Origin: a virus
Direction: 5' to 3' (one strand)
DNA length: 64,000 nucleotides
Virus record (IMG/VR): IMGVR_UViG_3300023063_000001
Location: 19,572 to 83,571 of that record
Position 1 is the stretch's first letter; each line of letters starts with the position of its first letter. Shown piece by piece: positions 39,181-49,095 of the stretch. The notes beneath the pieces are model-generated. The model did no database searches. It was given only the letters and a program-made list of their open reading frames with translations, and was not told the origin of the DNA. The translations under genes were made by a program, and so were the position numbers.

Positions 39181-41217
39181 TTATAACAAGACTTCTTGTG
39201 CTGACATAAATGTAAATGTAGGTGTTTGTGTTACGTTCACTGTCCTAAGACGCACAAATTTACCTAGTGGAATAACACCAGATAGATTTGCTGTACCAAG
39301 ACTTGTGATACTAAGTACACCACCTGTACTGTTCCCTGATGATGTGACAGTAGTTACGCCTGTCGTAAATCCAACCTCGTTTGCATACTCTAAATAAACT
39401 CTACCACTTGCTCCTGCAATCAATACAGCAGACACTGTAATATCTACAGCATAACTTACTATAGCATCTTGTGTTGTGCTGATTTGAAATGCAGTGTTTA
39501 AAGTACGTGTGGGGTTGGCAAACGTCCTTGTAGGAATGGGAAGAGTTGCTAATGATCCATCACCACGGACATATTGAGATACTGTACCTGTTGGAGTATT
39601 AAACTTAGTTGACAATCCGCTTGTCAATGCACTTGTTGTAGCATAAGTGGATAGTGTGGTTGTAAGGCTAGTTGTTGTTACACCATCTGTAATTCCATAA
39701 CCACTTAATGTTGTAGGCTTACCTGTGATCGTGCTGTATGGAATATTAGCACCTACACTAATCTTCCCATCAAGACTTGTCTGTAAGCCTGTCACATCAC
39801 TAATAACATGTGTATGGTTTGTAGCTGCTGCTCCAACATCCAAATTGGTTAAGACTACAGCCCCTGTCTTTGTGTTAACAGACGTGACAGGGTAGGTAAC
39901 AGTAGTAAGATAGCCACTGTCGTTTGTAAGCTGTGATGTCTTTGTTACAACTGTTGGAACACCTGTTAATGTACTATAAGGAATACTAGCCCCTGTAGCA
40001 ATAGCTCCTACATCCGAAGCTGAAAGAACAACAGTTCCTGTTTTACTATTGACACTTATGACAGGATAGTTTACAACAGGGATAGTTGGCTTATTAAGAA
40101 TAAAAGCCACACCAGATGTTGCATTCCAATCTGAATTCACTTGTGCAGCAGGAATTACAGGCGTTCCTGTAAGCTGTAAATAGGGGATTGCTGTACTTGT
40201 CCCAATCTTGCTATCCAGCGCGTTTTGTAGCCCTGTAACGTCTGCTATAACGTGAGTGTGTGGGGTAGGAACGAATGCAGCAGGAACGTTGCTTAGGCTC
40301 GTATATTTCCCGTCAAATAGGGCAGGTTTGTTCAATATCTGGCTAACACCAGCAACACTATTCCAATCACTGTTAACTTGTGTAGGAGATGCTGGTATTG
40401 TCACTGCACCAGTTTGTCCATTTACAGATGTTACACTTGTTGCGGGGATCATTGCTTTTACAGCATTAAGATCATTGGTATCAACAAGACCAATATAATA
40501 GCCTTCTTGAATGATTGCTGAAATCTTTGGAATTCCTGTAGAGCTATTTCCTAGGAGTGCATAGTTGTCAGCAACAATATCAAATATTAAAGTTGTACCT
40601 GAAGTCAAGATAAGAGAGGTATCTTGATAATCAATAATATTATCACCTGTTGAAAGGTTGGTGCCATTACTACCAGACACCCAAGCTGACTTACTAGGGA
40701 AATACTTTACTGCAATATTGCTTGTCTTGTCTCTAATTCTAAGCCTTACATTTGTCATTGCCGATGATGCTGTGAATATCAAAGCATTTGATCTAGCTGT
40801 AAGGGTTGTTGTGTATTCAAAAGAAATAGGAGATGTTAAAACATCGCTTCCTGATGTAGCTGAGAACGTCCGTTCGGCTTCTTTCAAATAAAAATAGTAG
40901 GGTTTTGATGAAGCTGCATTTCTTGGAACTGAGTAGTCTACTAATTGGTACCTATTAAGGGACACCATATCTTGAATGGCAAGAAAACTTGCTGATTCAG
41001 ATAGCCTTAAGACATCACCAAAATCCACTGATCCTGATTCTACAGCAAACCCTATTGGAGCTAGTAGGGCTCCTGAGGAAAGCATCATAAGGCCTGAGCC
41101 TTGCAGAGTTCCATCTTCTGCTTTATAAGGAACTTCGTTAACACCTAAATTATCTAGGTTAACTCCGCTATCCCCTTCAATGATTGTTGTATTGTTTCTA
41201 TTAGGAATAATACTCAT
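39181..41217 (-). CDS. Fibre-like virion protein with internal repeats
   Basis: Repeats QVNSDWN..ILNKP, V.SVN..TG.V and HTHVI.DVTGLQ..LD.K. Confidence 0.7.
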   Translation of the reverse strand: MSIIPNRNNTTIIEGDSGVNLDNLGVNEVPYKAEDGTLQGSGLMMLSSGALLAPIGFAVESGSVDFGDVLRLSESASFLAIQDMVSLNRYQLVDYSVPRNAASSKPYYFYLKEAERTFSATSGSDVLTSPISFEYTTTLTARSNALIFTASSAMTNVRLRIRDKTSNIAVKYFPSKSAWVSGSNGTNLSTGDNIIDYQDTSLILTSGTTLIFDIVADNYALLGNSSTGIPKISAIIQEGYYIGLVDTNDLNAVKAMIPATSVTSVNGQTGAVTIPASPTQVNSDWNSVAGVSQILNKPALFDGKYTSLSNVPAAFVPTPHTHVIADVTGLQNALDSKIGTSTAIPYLQLTGTPVIPAAQVNSDWNATSGVAFILNKPTIPVVNYPVISVNSKTGTVVLSASDVGAIATGASIPYSTLTGVPTVVTKTSQLTNDSGYLTTVTYPVTSVNTKTGAVVLTNLDVGAAATNHTHVISDVTGLQTSLDGKISVGANIPYSTITGKPTTLSGYGITDGVTTTSLTTTLSTYATTSALTSGLSTKFNTPTGTVSQYVRGDGSLATLPIPTRTFANPTRTLNTAFQISTTQDAIVSYAVDITVSAVLIAGASGRVYLEYANEVGFTTGVTTVTSSGNSTGGVLSITSLGTANLSGVIPLGKFVRLRTVNVTQTPTFTFMSAQEVLL

Positions 41218-41227
41218 TGTCTACTCC

Positions 41228-41524
41228 TCAATCAAGCGTCTGAATAGAAACTTTACCAGCATTAGTTCCCTTCAGCCAAACTCTACTTCCTGTAGGTACA
41301 TCTGTAACTGTCGTCCATCGTTCCCCTGTCGTAGATCCTAAATCCCACCCATCAGTTGAAGCTACAGGAGGGGCTACAGCATTGATGTTAATATAAATAA
41401 CGGCTGAAGCTTTGTTTCTAATGATCAGGGATGTACCGGGGCTTATGCCTGTAAGATCGTAAGCATCAATCCATGTGTTAGTGACTAGCTGTACATCATT
41501 AAGTGTATTACTCATATTAAACAC
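41228..41524 (-). CDS. Small beta-rich protein, possibly virion-associated
   Basis: AGAGG RBS; lies within the fibre module. Confidence 0.55.
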   Translation of the reverse strand: MFNMSNTLNDVQLVTNTWIDAYDLTGISPGTSLIIRNKASAVIYININAVAPPVASTDGWDLGSTTGERWTTVTDVPTGSRVWLKGTNAGKVSIQTLD

Positions 41525-41622
41525 CTCTTATTGTTATTCTAGGTGCCTTTCCAAGAGGTCTTTATAGCCACTGACAGACAAACAACGGCTTTTGTATGAC
41601 ACAGCCTCTTTCTGCTTAAACT

Positions 41623-41640
41623 AGGGGCCTTACGGCCCCT
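41623..41640 (-). terminator. Intrinsic terminator hairpin
   Basis: AGGGGCC-GTAA-GGCCCCT; same core as the 4037 hairpin. Confidence 0.65.
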
Positions 41641-41648
41641 CACACATT

Positions 41649-42977
41649 TTAAAGTGCAGCTACGGTTGGTTGTACAACTGCTTGTAGCGCAACATAACCA
41701 GCGTTGCTGAAGTGTACGTTGTCACTTGAAGCCATACCTGATGCAATCTGAATTTGACCTGAACCATCATCAGCACCAGCAACAGCAGCTTGATAACCTG
41801 GCACTACTGCAACTCCACCGTAGTTATTGGTAAGAAGTGCAGCCTCACTATTCATAAACCGACGAACAGTTGTGTCATATGCACCAAGAGCACGGTATGC
41901 TGTGTTGGTTGGAGCACCTTCCAAGAAATACAGAGCAGGTGGAGCAGTCTTTAAGCTCACTGTTGAGAGTACACGGCTAAGGGCTGTGTAATCTTCTTGC
42001 AGAATAGCTGTTACGGTGCTGCTTGTATAAGTGTTGTTAATTGAATAGGGAGCATAGAACAATGCAGTAGGATTCACTTTATCCAAGTGGTTACTTACCA
42101 TCTGTGAATAAGTGGCGGGGGTCTGTGCATGTAAAGCCGCATTAAACCACTCAACAGGCGCTGTCGGCGAGGAAAGAGCAGCACAAGCACGTTGTACAGC
42201 ACCAAACGCACGAATATCACCACCAATCCCTTCTACAGTACTGTCGCCATTCACCATAACTAGTTTACCAGCACGAGGGCTGAAATAACGGATAGCTGGG
42301 TGAAATACACTGTCATAACTAACAGTGGTGGTGGTGTAGTTGGCAGGAGTTGTAATACCGGCTACAGCTTGGTATGAACCTTTAAGGATAGGCTGAGCCT
42401 GACCTGAAGTAGCCCAGTAGTAGGTGTTATTCGCCGGAATCATTGGAGAAATGGTGGTTGGGAATTGAATGCGTACACAAACAATAGCCTTGGTTCCGCT
42501 ATCGGTGCGTGCCAAACTGCGAAGTGGACTTACATCAAGAATGGTGTAAGAAGGAACTTCGTTTGCAATTTGGGCTGCAATGTTAATAGTGGTGGAACCG
42601 TTCAAAGTGGCGTTAGTCCACGTACCACCTGTAGGGGTGATAGGTACAACGTTATCAGCACCAATCGCACTGGCTACACAAACCTGAACAGTACAGCCGG
42701 CAATTGCTGGACCGTTGTTAGGAAGTATAACTTGAAAACCATAAAAACTATCAGCCATGACTTCTTGGATTGAAGTGTGGGTTTCAATAGTTGTTGAGGC
42801 AGTTCGTGGAATGTAACGCCCAAACCTAGACACAGTAAAGGTGTTGGTTAGTGGGCGTGTACGAACCTTAGCGGTGGTCAAGGCTGCTGGTAGGGTTGAT
42901 GGTAAAGATGAAGGAAGAGCAGTTGTGATAGCAGCAGGAAGCAATGCCGCCAGCGGTACTGAAATATCTGTGGTCAT
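41649..42977 (-). CDS. SGNH/GDSL esterase with N-terminal beta domain
   Basis: Block I GDSTVEG, block III SINN, block V DNVHFS..GY. Confidence 0.78.
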   Translation of the reverse strand: MTTDISVPLAALLPAAITTALPSSLPSTLPAALTTAKVRTRPLTNTFTVSRFGRYIPRTASTTIETHTSIQEVMADSFYGFQVILPNNGPAIAGCTVQVCVASAIGADNVVPITPTGGTWTNATLNGSTTINIAAQIANEVPSYTILDVSPLRSLARTDSGTKAIVCVRIQFPTTISPMIPANNTYYWATSGQAQPILKGSYQAVAGITTPANYTTTTVSYDSVFHPAIRYFSPRAGKLVMVNGDSTVEGIGGDIRAFGAVQRACAALSSPTAPVEWFNAALHAQTPATYSQMVSNHLDKVNPTALFYAPYSINNTYTSSTVTAILQEDYTALSRVLSTVSLKTAPPALYFLEGAPTNTAYRALGAYDTTVRRFMNSEAALLTNNYGGVAVVPGYQAAVAGADDGSGQIQIASGMASSDNVHFSNAGYVALQAVVQPTVAAL

Positions 42978-42980
42978 GTA

Positions 42981-45900
42981 TTAACTTCCGTAAGTGACGT
43001 AATCGCCATTATAAGTAACTGGACTACCATTATAAGTAACAGCATTCGAAGGTGTTGTTGAGGCAGTTTGTGGAGGGTGAGCAACAATAATTGGCAATAC
43101 AACTGTATTATCAGCGCCACTAACCGGACCAACTGCTGTGATAGAGCTAAAGCCATCACCAGCCGCCCAATACGTACCACTCCATTTGTAAGTGTCATAG
43201 AGGGTTAGGGATGCTGCAAAGTCTGTACGGTAGTTTGCAGAACTGGTGCTTGAATCACTTGGTACACCATATTCACCCATAAACACTTTGACAGTTTTCG
43301 CATCTGTCCACCTACCCACTGCGTTAACATACAGAGGCATACGGTCACGAACATCTTGAGTCCATGCAGTTGTATATGCACCGCTGTAGTCAAGGTAGTG
43401 GTGAAGGGATAGTTGTGTCTTGTTGAGTGGGTCAATCCAAGGGACATCAGGCCACCAACCATAACAAGAACCGAATGCCATCAAACCTGAAGCTTGATCA
43501 CCCTCCCACAAGCAATAACCCGTATAACCTGCGTTACGAACAGCAGCAATTGCAGTGTTTGTGGCGGTTGTTATACTTGCTGTAGGAGAACCATCATAAG
43601 ACCAAGTAACATATGGCTGTAGAGTCGACCCTTCAGTAATGTTAAAGTCTTCTACATAACCCATACCTACAAAGCCTTGCATGTTGAAGTTGTAGTACAG
43701 TAGGGTTTGACCAGAAGGCATTGTGAAAGTCAAGCTAACACGGCTACGACTTGTGGTAGCAACTAATGGTATGTTACCGAGTGCAACACCGCTAGCTGAA
43801 GCATACCCACCTGCTGCAAAGTACAGGATGTGAGTACCACCAGTGGCAGTTGACTCGTAGGAGAAGCTAATTGTGTAAGTACTTCCCGCTACTAGCGTAT
43901 CACCACCATCACTGCCATTAATCCTATGGCGAATAGCGTCTTTATACTGGGCTGTTGTAGCTGCCCATGAAAGACGACCTTGACCAGTTGTACCACCAAA
44001 TGAAACGTTAGTGTAAGGTGCAGTTGTAAACCAGTTACTTGTTGTCACTGGATTACGGTTGGTAGGATCGGTCATCAACTGCTTGTAAGGTCTAGCCGTT
44101 GGGTAGTAGTTGAACGCTGTAGAGGCAATTGGTAGACCGGCTGGCTCGTTTACAAAGTCAATACCGTAAAACGCTGTCTTACCTTGAATATAGGTAGCTA
44201 CGTTTGCCCAATCACTTGCCCAAGATGCAACGCTATAGCTGCTTGAACCAAGTTGTACTTGTGCTCCACCCACATAACGTTTGGCGTAGTCGTGACCATC
44301 TAGGATAATTTGCATACCCGTTTGATCAGCATACCCTTGAACCAAATCAATCTGAGACTTACCAGTAGCATTTAATGCAGCGCCTGGGGTATCAAACCAG
44401 CGAGCCAAAAGAATTGGCAAGCGAATGATGTTAAAACCTTTAGCTTTCCAATACTGGAAGTTTGCCAAGGTTGGGAGGAAATAGTTTTGACCTGGGGTGC
44501 CTGGAATAGTACTTTCACTATATTCCATACCACTTAGGTTAACACCACGCACGTAATAAGTTCCTGGGTCAGTACTTACAATAACTGTAGGATCATCCAC
44601 ACGACGCCAATTAGTCCCATCTGAATAAATATTATAGGCATAACCACTTGCTGGAACAAACATTGCTGTACGATATTTATACGTTGCAGCAAGGGCTGTA
44701 GTAGTTAGTTGAGTGATACCCAATACTAGAGGTTGACTTGAGGCTGCTGCTAAAAGAGCAAGAATCTTATCAATCGAGTATGTTACGTTTGAGCCACTTG
44801 TAGCCGCATCATTAACCGAGGGTTTTACTGATATGGCTGAAGCGAGTGCTGCTGGTTGTACGGCTGTACCTGCCAATGTACCTTGGGCTGAAGTAGCTGC
44901 TCCAACGTCTGTGGCGGCTAATGTAATAGTTGTACCAGTCTTACCATTTACTGTCTGAACAGCAGTGTCGGCTTTAGCACCTTGAGCGCTGCTTGCTGCA
45001 CTTAAATCTGTTGCAGTTAGAGTGACAGTAGGGCCAGCTTTACCATTTACCGTAGTGACTTTAGCATCAAGGGCAGATTGCAAACCACTCACTGTAGAAA
45101 TTGCTTGCACACCTGTGTGCGTAGTACGATCCCTTAAGAGAGCATCTGTACTGTTTGCTGTAGCACCCGTAGCAACACTAGCAACCTTGGATTGATCGGC
45201 TGTGGTGTAATCATTGGTGGATAAACCTTTACCAGTAACTGTTGCTTGTTTAGCGTCAAGTGCTGGCTGCAACCCCGTAACAGTGCTGATAGCCTGAACA
45301 CCCGTGTGGGTGGATCGATCACGCAAAGATGCATCACTACTGTTTGCTGTAGCGGCTGTTGCAATACCAGAAAGTTTTGTCTGTTCTGCTGTAGTGTAAT
45401 CATTTGTTGAAAGCTGTTTACCTGAAACAATAGCAACTTTTGCATCTAAAGCAGGTTGTAAGCCATCTACAGTACTAATAGATTGAGTACCAGTCTGGTT
45501 AGCCCGATTCAGAAGGGTCGCATCAGGACTGTTTGCTGTAGCTGCTGTTGCAATGCCTGCAAGCTTTGCTTTATCCGCATCTACATAAGCATTGGTGTTA
45601 GCGTTTGACTCATATGAAGTCTTTACTTGTGCAGGAGTTAGGGCAGGAGAACTGCTGCTAGTACCCAACTGCCAAGTATTATCACTTGTACGCCAGATGT
45701 AGAATAAGGCAGGCGTACCAGAGTTATCTACGAAAGCATAGTCACCAGCACGAGGATTTGTAACACCTGATGTTAGTGCTGCAAGGCTTACAAAGCTACC
45801 ACGAAAAGAGGCTGTATCAAGAGTACCAAGCTTAGTCTTTTCAGCAGTGGTGTAGTCGTTTGTAGAAAGACCCTTACCAGAGATGAAATTAACTTTGGAG

Positions 45901-46595
45901 TCAATAGCTGTCTGCAAACCATCAACTGTTGCAATAGCTTGAGTGCCAGTCTGATTTGAACGGTTTAGTAGAAAAGCATCGGCACTGTTTACAGTGGCAC
46001 CTTGAGCAATGGTGGCTAGCTTTGATTGTTCTGCTGTGGTGTAGTCATTGCTTGACAAAACTTTACCAACAACAATATCCACTTTAGCTGTAAGGCTAGA
46101 TTGAAGGTTGTTGATAGTAGAAATATCTTGTGTGCCTGTATGATTGGCACGGTTTTTAAGGTTTACATCTGTATCGTTGAGTGTAGCGCCTTGCTGTATA
46201 GTGCCGAGCTTGGTTTTGTCTACAATCGTGTAGTCGTTGCTACTAAGAACTTTGCCTGCAATCTGCTGTACAGCAGTGGTAGCTAGCAAACCTTGAGCGG
46301 CTGTGGCAGCACCAACATCATCTGCCTCAAGAACAACAACACCAATCTGACCGTTTACAGAGTCTACAAGACCGTCACCACCGCTACCATTGCCATCAGC
46401 ACCAGCTTTAGCTAGGATATTCCAGTAGGCTAAATCACTGACAGATACGCCTTGAGATATTTGAATAGCAACATAACTGCTACCTGCAAAGCCTACAGCA
46501 TCATTTAATGCATAAGACTTAGTTGAATCATATTGACCCCGCCATACTAGGCCCGGATCACCTTTTACATAATTGCCTAGAATAGGTGGTAGCAT
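42981..46595 (-). CDS. Fibre-like protein: repeat stalk plus C-terminal GH5 glycanase with inserted CBM-like domain
   Basis: RGVNLSGMEY, FNIIRLP, ILDGHDY, NEP, HHYLD, MGEYG, YWAAG; ~60-aa GK.LS.NDYT repeats. Confidence 0.85.
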   Translation of the reverse strand: MLPPILGNYVKGDPGLVWRGQYDSTKSYALNDAVGFAGSSYVAIQISQGVSVSDLAYWNILAKAGADGNGSGGDGLVDSVNGQIGVVVLEADDVGAATAAQGLLATTAVQQIAGKVLSSNDYTIVDKTKLGTIQQGATLNDTDVNLKNRANHTGTQDISTINNLQSSLTAKVDIVVGKVLSSNDYTTAEQSKLATIAQGATVNSADAFLLNRSNQTGTQAIATVDGLQTAIDSKVNFISGKGLSTNDYTTAEKTKLGTLDTASFRGSFVSLAALTSGVTNPRAGDYAFVDNSGTPALFYIWRTSDNTWQLGTSSSSPALTPAQVKTSYESNANTNAYVDADKAKLAGIATAATANSPDATLLNRANQTGTQSISTVDGLQPALDAKVAIVSGKQLSTNDYTTAEQTKLSGIATAATANSSDASLRDRSTHTGVQAISTVTGLQPALDAKQATVTGKGLSTNDYTTADQSKVASVATGATANSTDALLRDRTTHTGVQAISTVSGLQSALDAKVTTVNGKAGPTVTLTATDLSAASSAQGAKADTAVQTVNGKTGTTITLAATDVGAATSAQGTLAGTAVQPAALASAISVKPSVNDAATSGSNVTYSIDKILALLAAASSQPLVLGITQLTTTALAATYKYRTAMFVPASGYAYNIYSDGTNWRRVDDPTVIVSTDPGTYYVRGVNLSGMEYSESTIPGTPGQNYFLPTLANFQYWKAKGFNIIRLPILLARWFDTPGAALNATGKSQIDLVQGYADQTGMQIILDGHDYAKRYVGGAQVQLGSSSYSVASWASDWANVATYIQGKTAFYGIDFVNEPAGLPIASTAFNYYPTARPYKQLMTDPTNRNPVTTSNWFTTAPYTNVSFGGTTGQGRLSWAATTAQYKDAIRHRINGSDGGDTLVAGSTYTISFSYESTATGGTHILYFAAGGYASASGVALGNIPLVATTSRSRVSLTFTMPSGQTLLYYNFNMQGFVGMGYVEDFNITEGSTLQPYVTWSYDGSPTASITTATNTAIAAVRNAGYTGYCLWEGDQASGLMAFGSCYGWWPDVPWIDPLNKTQLSLHHYLDYSGAYTTAWTQDVRDRMPLYVNAVGRWTDAKTVKVFMGEYGVPSDSSTSSANYRTDFAASLTLYDTYKWSGTYWAAGDGFSSITAVGPVSGADNTVVLPIIVAHPPQTASTTPSNAVTYNGSPVTYNGDYVTYGS
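45050..46270 (-). repeat. About five degenerate ~60-aa coding repeats (GKxLSxNDYT..KL..AT.NS.DA.L..R..HTG.Q.ISTV.GLQ.ALD.K)
   Basis: Visible in the translation of 42981..46595. Confidence 0.85.
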
Positions 46596-46925
46596 TTATA
46601 AGCTCTCTGAAGTTATATCTTTAACAATTGTAAAAGGTATTGCCGATGAACTAAAAACATATCCATCAATATCTCTTACAAACTGAACATCCACAGTTGC
46701 ATCCCCTAAAGGCCAAGCTGTGGTGTCTATGCAAAAGAGACGGAGATATTTAGTAGTATCGGGGTCAACCCATGAGCACACAAGGTCTGAGATAAACTTG
46801 TTATATTTACCTGTTCTTATTTGTGATTTAACAGTAACCCCAGTGACAAAAGAACCGGGCGAGAAAGCATCACCAATTGGCGCTATTTGGTCAAAAGAGT
46901 CACCATGGATAATGATTTCTGCCAT
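46596..46925 (-). CDS. BppU-like adaptor / virion accessory protein
   Basis: GDSF..SQIR..TTAWPLG..DVQF..S..F.IVKDIT pattern. Confidence 0.55.
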   Translation of the reverse strand: MAEIIIHGDSFDQIAPIGDAFSPGSFVTGVTVKSQIRTGKYNKFISDLVCSWVDPDTTKYLRLFCIDTTAWPLGDATVDVQFVRDIDGYVFSSSAIPFTIVKDITSESL

Positions 46926-46946
46926 TTCTTATTCCTCTTGTTTATC

Positions 46947-48692
46947 TTATGCCCAAGCTGTTTGTAGAACACTGTTGTAAGTGCTTGCAAGAAGAGGAGC
47001 ACCGTTAACACCGCCACTAGGATGTGTACCATCACCAGTTTGTGAGTTGGCAGTTCCGTTAACAATCCACTTACTTACATCTGTACCTCGTACAGCATCA
47101 TTAACAACAACAGAGTCATATTTAGTAGTGGTGATCAAAGCATTGAACTGTGCAACCACTTGGCCTGGGTTCCAGTTTGCATTGATTGTTTGGTTAGCTT
47201 CAGTTACGAAACTATCTGTGGATGTGGTACGCGGCAACAGACGTGAAATGGAAGCCTTAACACCAGCCTTAACACCTGTAGCACCTTTATATCGAGCAAC
47301 GAATGCGTCGATATTAGAAATAATAGATGCTGCTGTTGGCGGTGTGCTGATACCAAAATCGTTAGTACCCACCATCACATGCAAACCGTCTGGTACGTAT
47401 TTGAAATAAGCCAAAATACGAGCATCAGTTATTAGAGATGTTGACAGAGCGCCTGAGATACCAAAGTTAATGGACGCAGCAGGCGTTGGAAACAATGCCA
47501 ATGCACGTTGGAAGAATCCACCACCAAGGTATCCTGGGTTCAAGTCGTTATAGCCAGATTCAATTGAGTCGCCCCAAGCGGCATAAGACTTGATGGTAGC
47601 ATCTTTGAAAATACCAATTAGAATTGGTGCATAAAGATTACCCGCACTAACCGGAGCAGTGCCTGTATAGCCTGTCGTAGAGTTAGCCAACGAATCTACA
47701 CTTGGGACTGTTGTTTGTGTTGAATCGTAAAACCAACCTGACAAGTTAGACTGCCCGTACAAGTTACGTGGGCTTGTTGGGATACTTCCATTTGTTGGAA
47801 CTGTTGCTTTCATTTTGAAGAACAACACTGTTCCAACAGGAATTACACCACCTGTAAAACCCAAGGCCGTTGGTGTGATCATGTCACTAATCAGGTTGCT
47901 ACCATTGGTCACAACACCTGTACGATTGCCTGAAAAGGTTACAGGAGCAGAAGTGGTAGTTGTTTGAAGGCTAGCCTCTATGATATTAATATCATTACCA
48001 AGGTTTGTGCCCGTACCTGTGTTAGTGTTGGGTGTGTACCATGCCGGAAGGTTTAAAGCAACACCTGTAGCATCACCCGATCCTGTAATCATTTTCACAG
48101 GAACGTAGTATGTGGTTAGGGTGGAGGATGTGGTGGCAATACCATCATTCATCGGATTCCAACGACCCAACGCTTTAACTGTAGCGCTTGCAGCAACCAC
48201 GTTACCAGATACAGAAGTAGTGACACCGCCTGTAGTAGTTGTGATGTCAATAGTGGGTGTACCAATAGCAACACCTGCAACAACACCTGAACTGTTAACA
48301 GTGGCGATAGTTGGGTTGCGAGAGGAGTAGGTGACTGATTGACTAGCGCCTGTAGGACCAACCACGGGGGTAAGTTGTACAGTACTACCAACCGCTACAG
48401 CGAAGGGATTAGGCGTTACAGAGATAGATGTTGGCAAGATAGGAGGGGTATAGATTGTCCCATCCATTTTACGCCAGTTAATCGCATCACTCAAAGCAAG
48501 GAACGGAGGATTACCATCTGTTACAACCACAAGCTCGTTAGCATGATTGGCTGCAAGGTATGTGGTGCCTAATGAAGCACCCGTTTGTGTGGTAATACCT
48601 GAATCGTATGCACCCGCAAGAGCAGCCCTTACAGGACCAACACGAGTGATTAAAGCGGCTTTATCATTACTAGATAGGGACATACATATCAC
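46947..48692 (-). CDS. Ig-like (Big_2) domain plus SGNH esterase
   Basis: PTSISVTP..VGSTVQL..YSSRNPTIATVNSSGVV; GDSIESG, NFGISG, GTND, DGTHP. Confidence 0.85.
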   Translation of the reverse strand: MICMSLSSNDKAALITRVGPVRAALAGAYDSGITTQTGASLGTTYLAANHANELVVVTDGNPPFLALSDAINWRKMDGTIYTPPILPTSISVTPNPFAVAVGSTVQLTPVVGPTGASQSVTYSSRNPTIATVNSSGVVAGVAIGTPTIDITTTTGGVTTSVSGNVVAASATVKALGRWNPMNDGIATTSSTLTTYYVPVKMITGSGDATGVALNLPAWYTPNTNTGTGTNLGNDINIIEASLQTTTTSAPVTFSGNRTGVVTNGSNLISDMITPTALGFTGGVIPVGTVLFFKMKATVPTNGSIPTSPRNLYGQSNLSGWFYDSTQTTVPSVDSLANSTTGYTGTAPVSAGNLYAPILIGIFKDATIKSYAAWGDSIESGYNDLNPGYLGGGFFQRALALFPTPAASINFGISGALSTSLITDARILAYFKYVPDGLHVMVGTNDFGISTPPTAASIISNIDAFVARYKGATGVKAGVKASISRLLPRTTSTDSFVTEANQTINANWNPGQVVAQFNALITTTKYDSVVVNDAVRGTDVSKWIVNGTANSQTGDGTHPSGGVNGAPLLASTYNSVLQTAWA

Positions 48693-48699
48693 TCGTGTT

Positions 48700-48895
48700 T
48701 ATTCTTATTATAAAATAGGTGGTAGCCGCCACTCTTACCTGCTGCACTACCGTGGAGACACAAAAGGCTTGTCTCCCTCACCACACTTACGCTAACCGCC
48801 AGATTAGCTTTCTTCAAAGGAACTAGGACTTACCTTGAAGACACCAAGCCGAAGCTTGATTCATTTCCTACGCTTATACATTTCTATAAGGCAGA
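48700..48895 (-). ncRNA. Multi-hairpin structured leader or ncRNA
   Basis: ATCAAGC-TTCG-GCTTGGT (cUUCGg), TCTTCAAGG/CTTTGAAGA, GCTAAT/GTTAGC, GGAGACA/TGTCTCC. Confidence 0.5.
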
Positions 48896-48915
48896 TAATT
48901 TTTAAAACTCTTAAT

Positions 48916-49083
48916 TTAAAACCAAAAAGTACGATTGCCACTAACAAGATTCAAAATCAAGCCAACAATAAATACTACTAGAAGAATTTTCAATAGCAAA
49001 CCAACAGTACCGGCGATTACGAACACACCGAACAGTGGTAGTACAAGAGCTAGAATCAATAGTACAAGAATTAGATTAACCAT
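48916..49083 (-). CDS. Small two-TM protein (55 aa), DUF1328/YtjA-like
   Basis: GAGGA RBS; IAGTVGLLLKILLVVFIVGLILNLVSG. Confidence 0.6.
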   Translation of the reverse strand: MVNLILVLLILALVLPLFGVFVIAGTVGLLLKILLVVFIVGLILNLVSGNRTFWF

Positions 49084-49095
49084 TTTTATTTCCTC

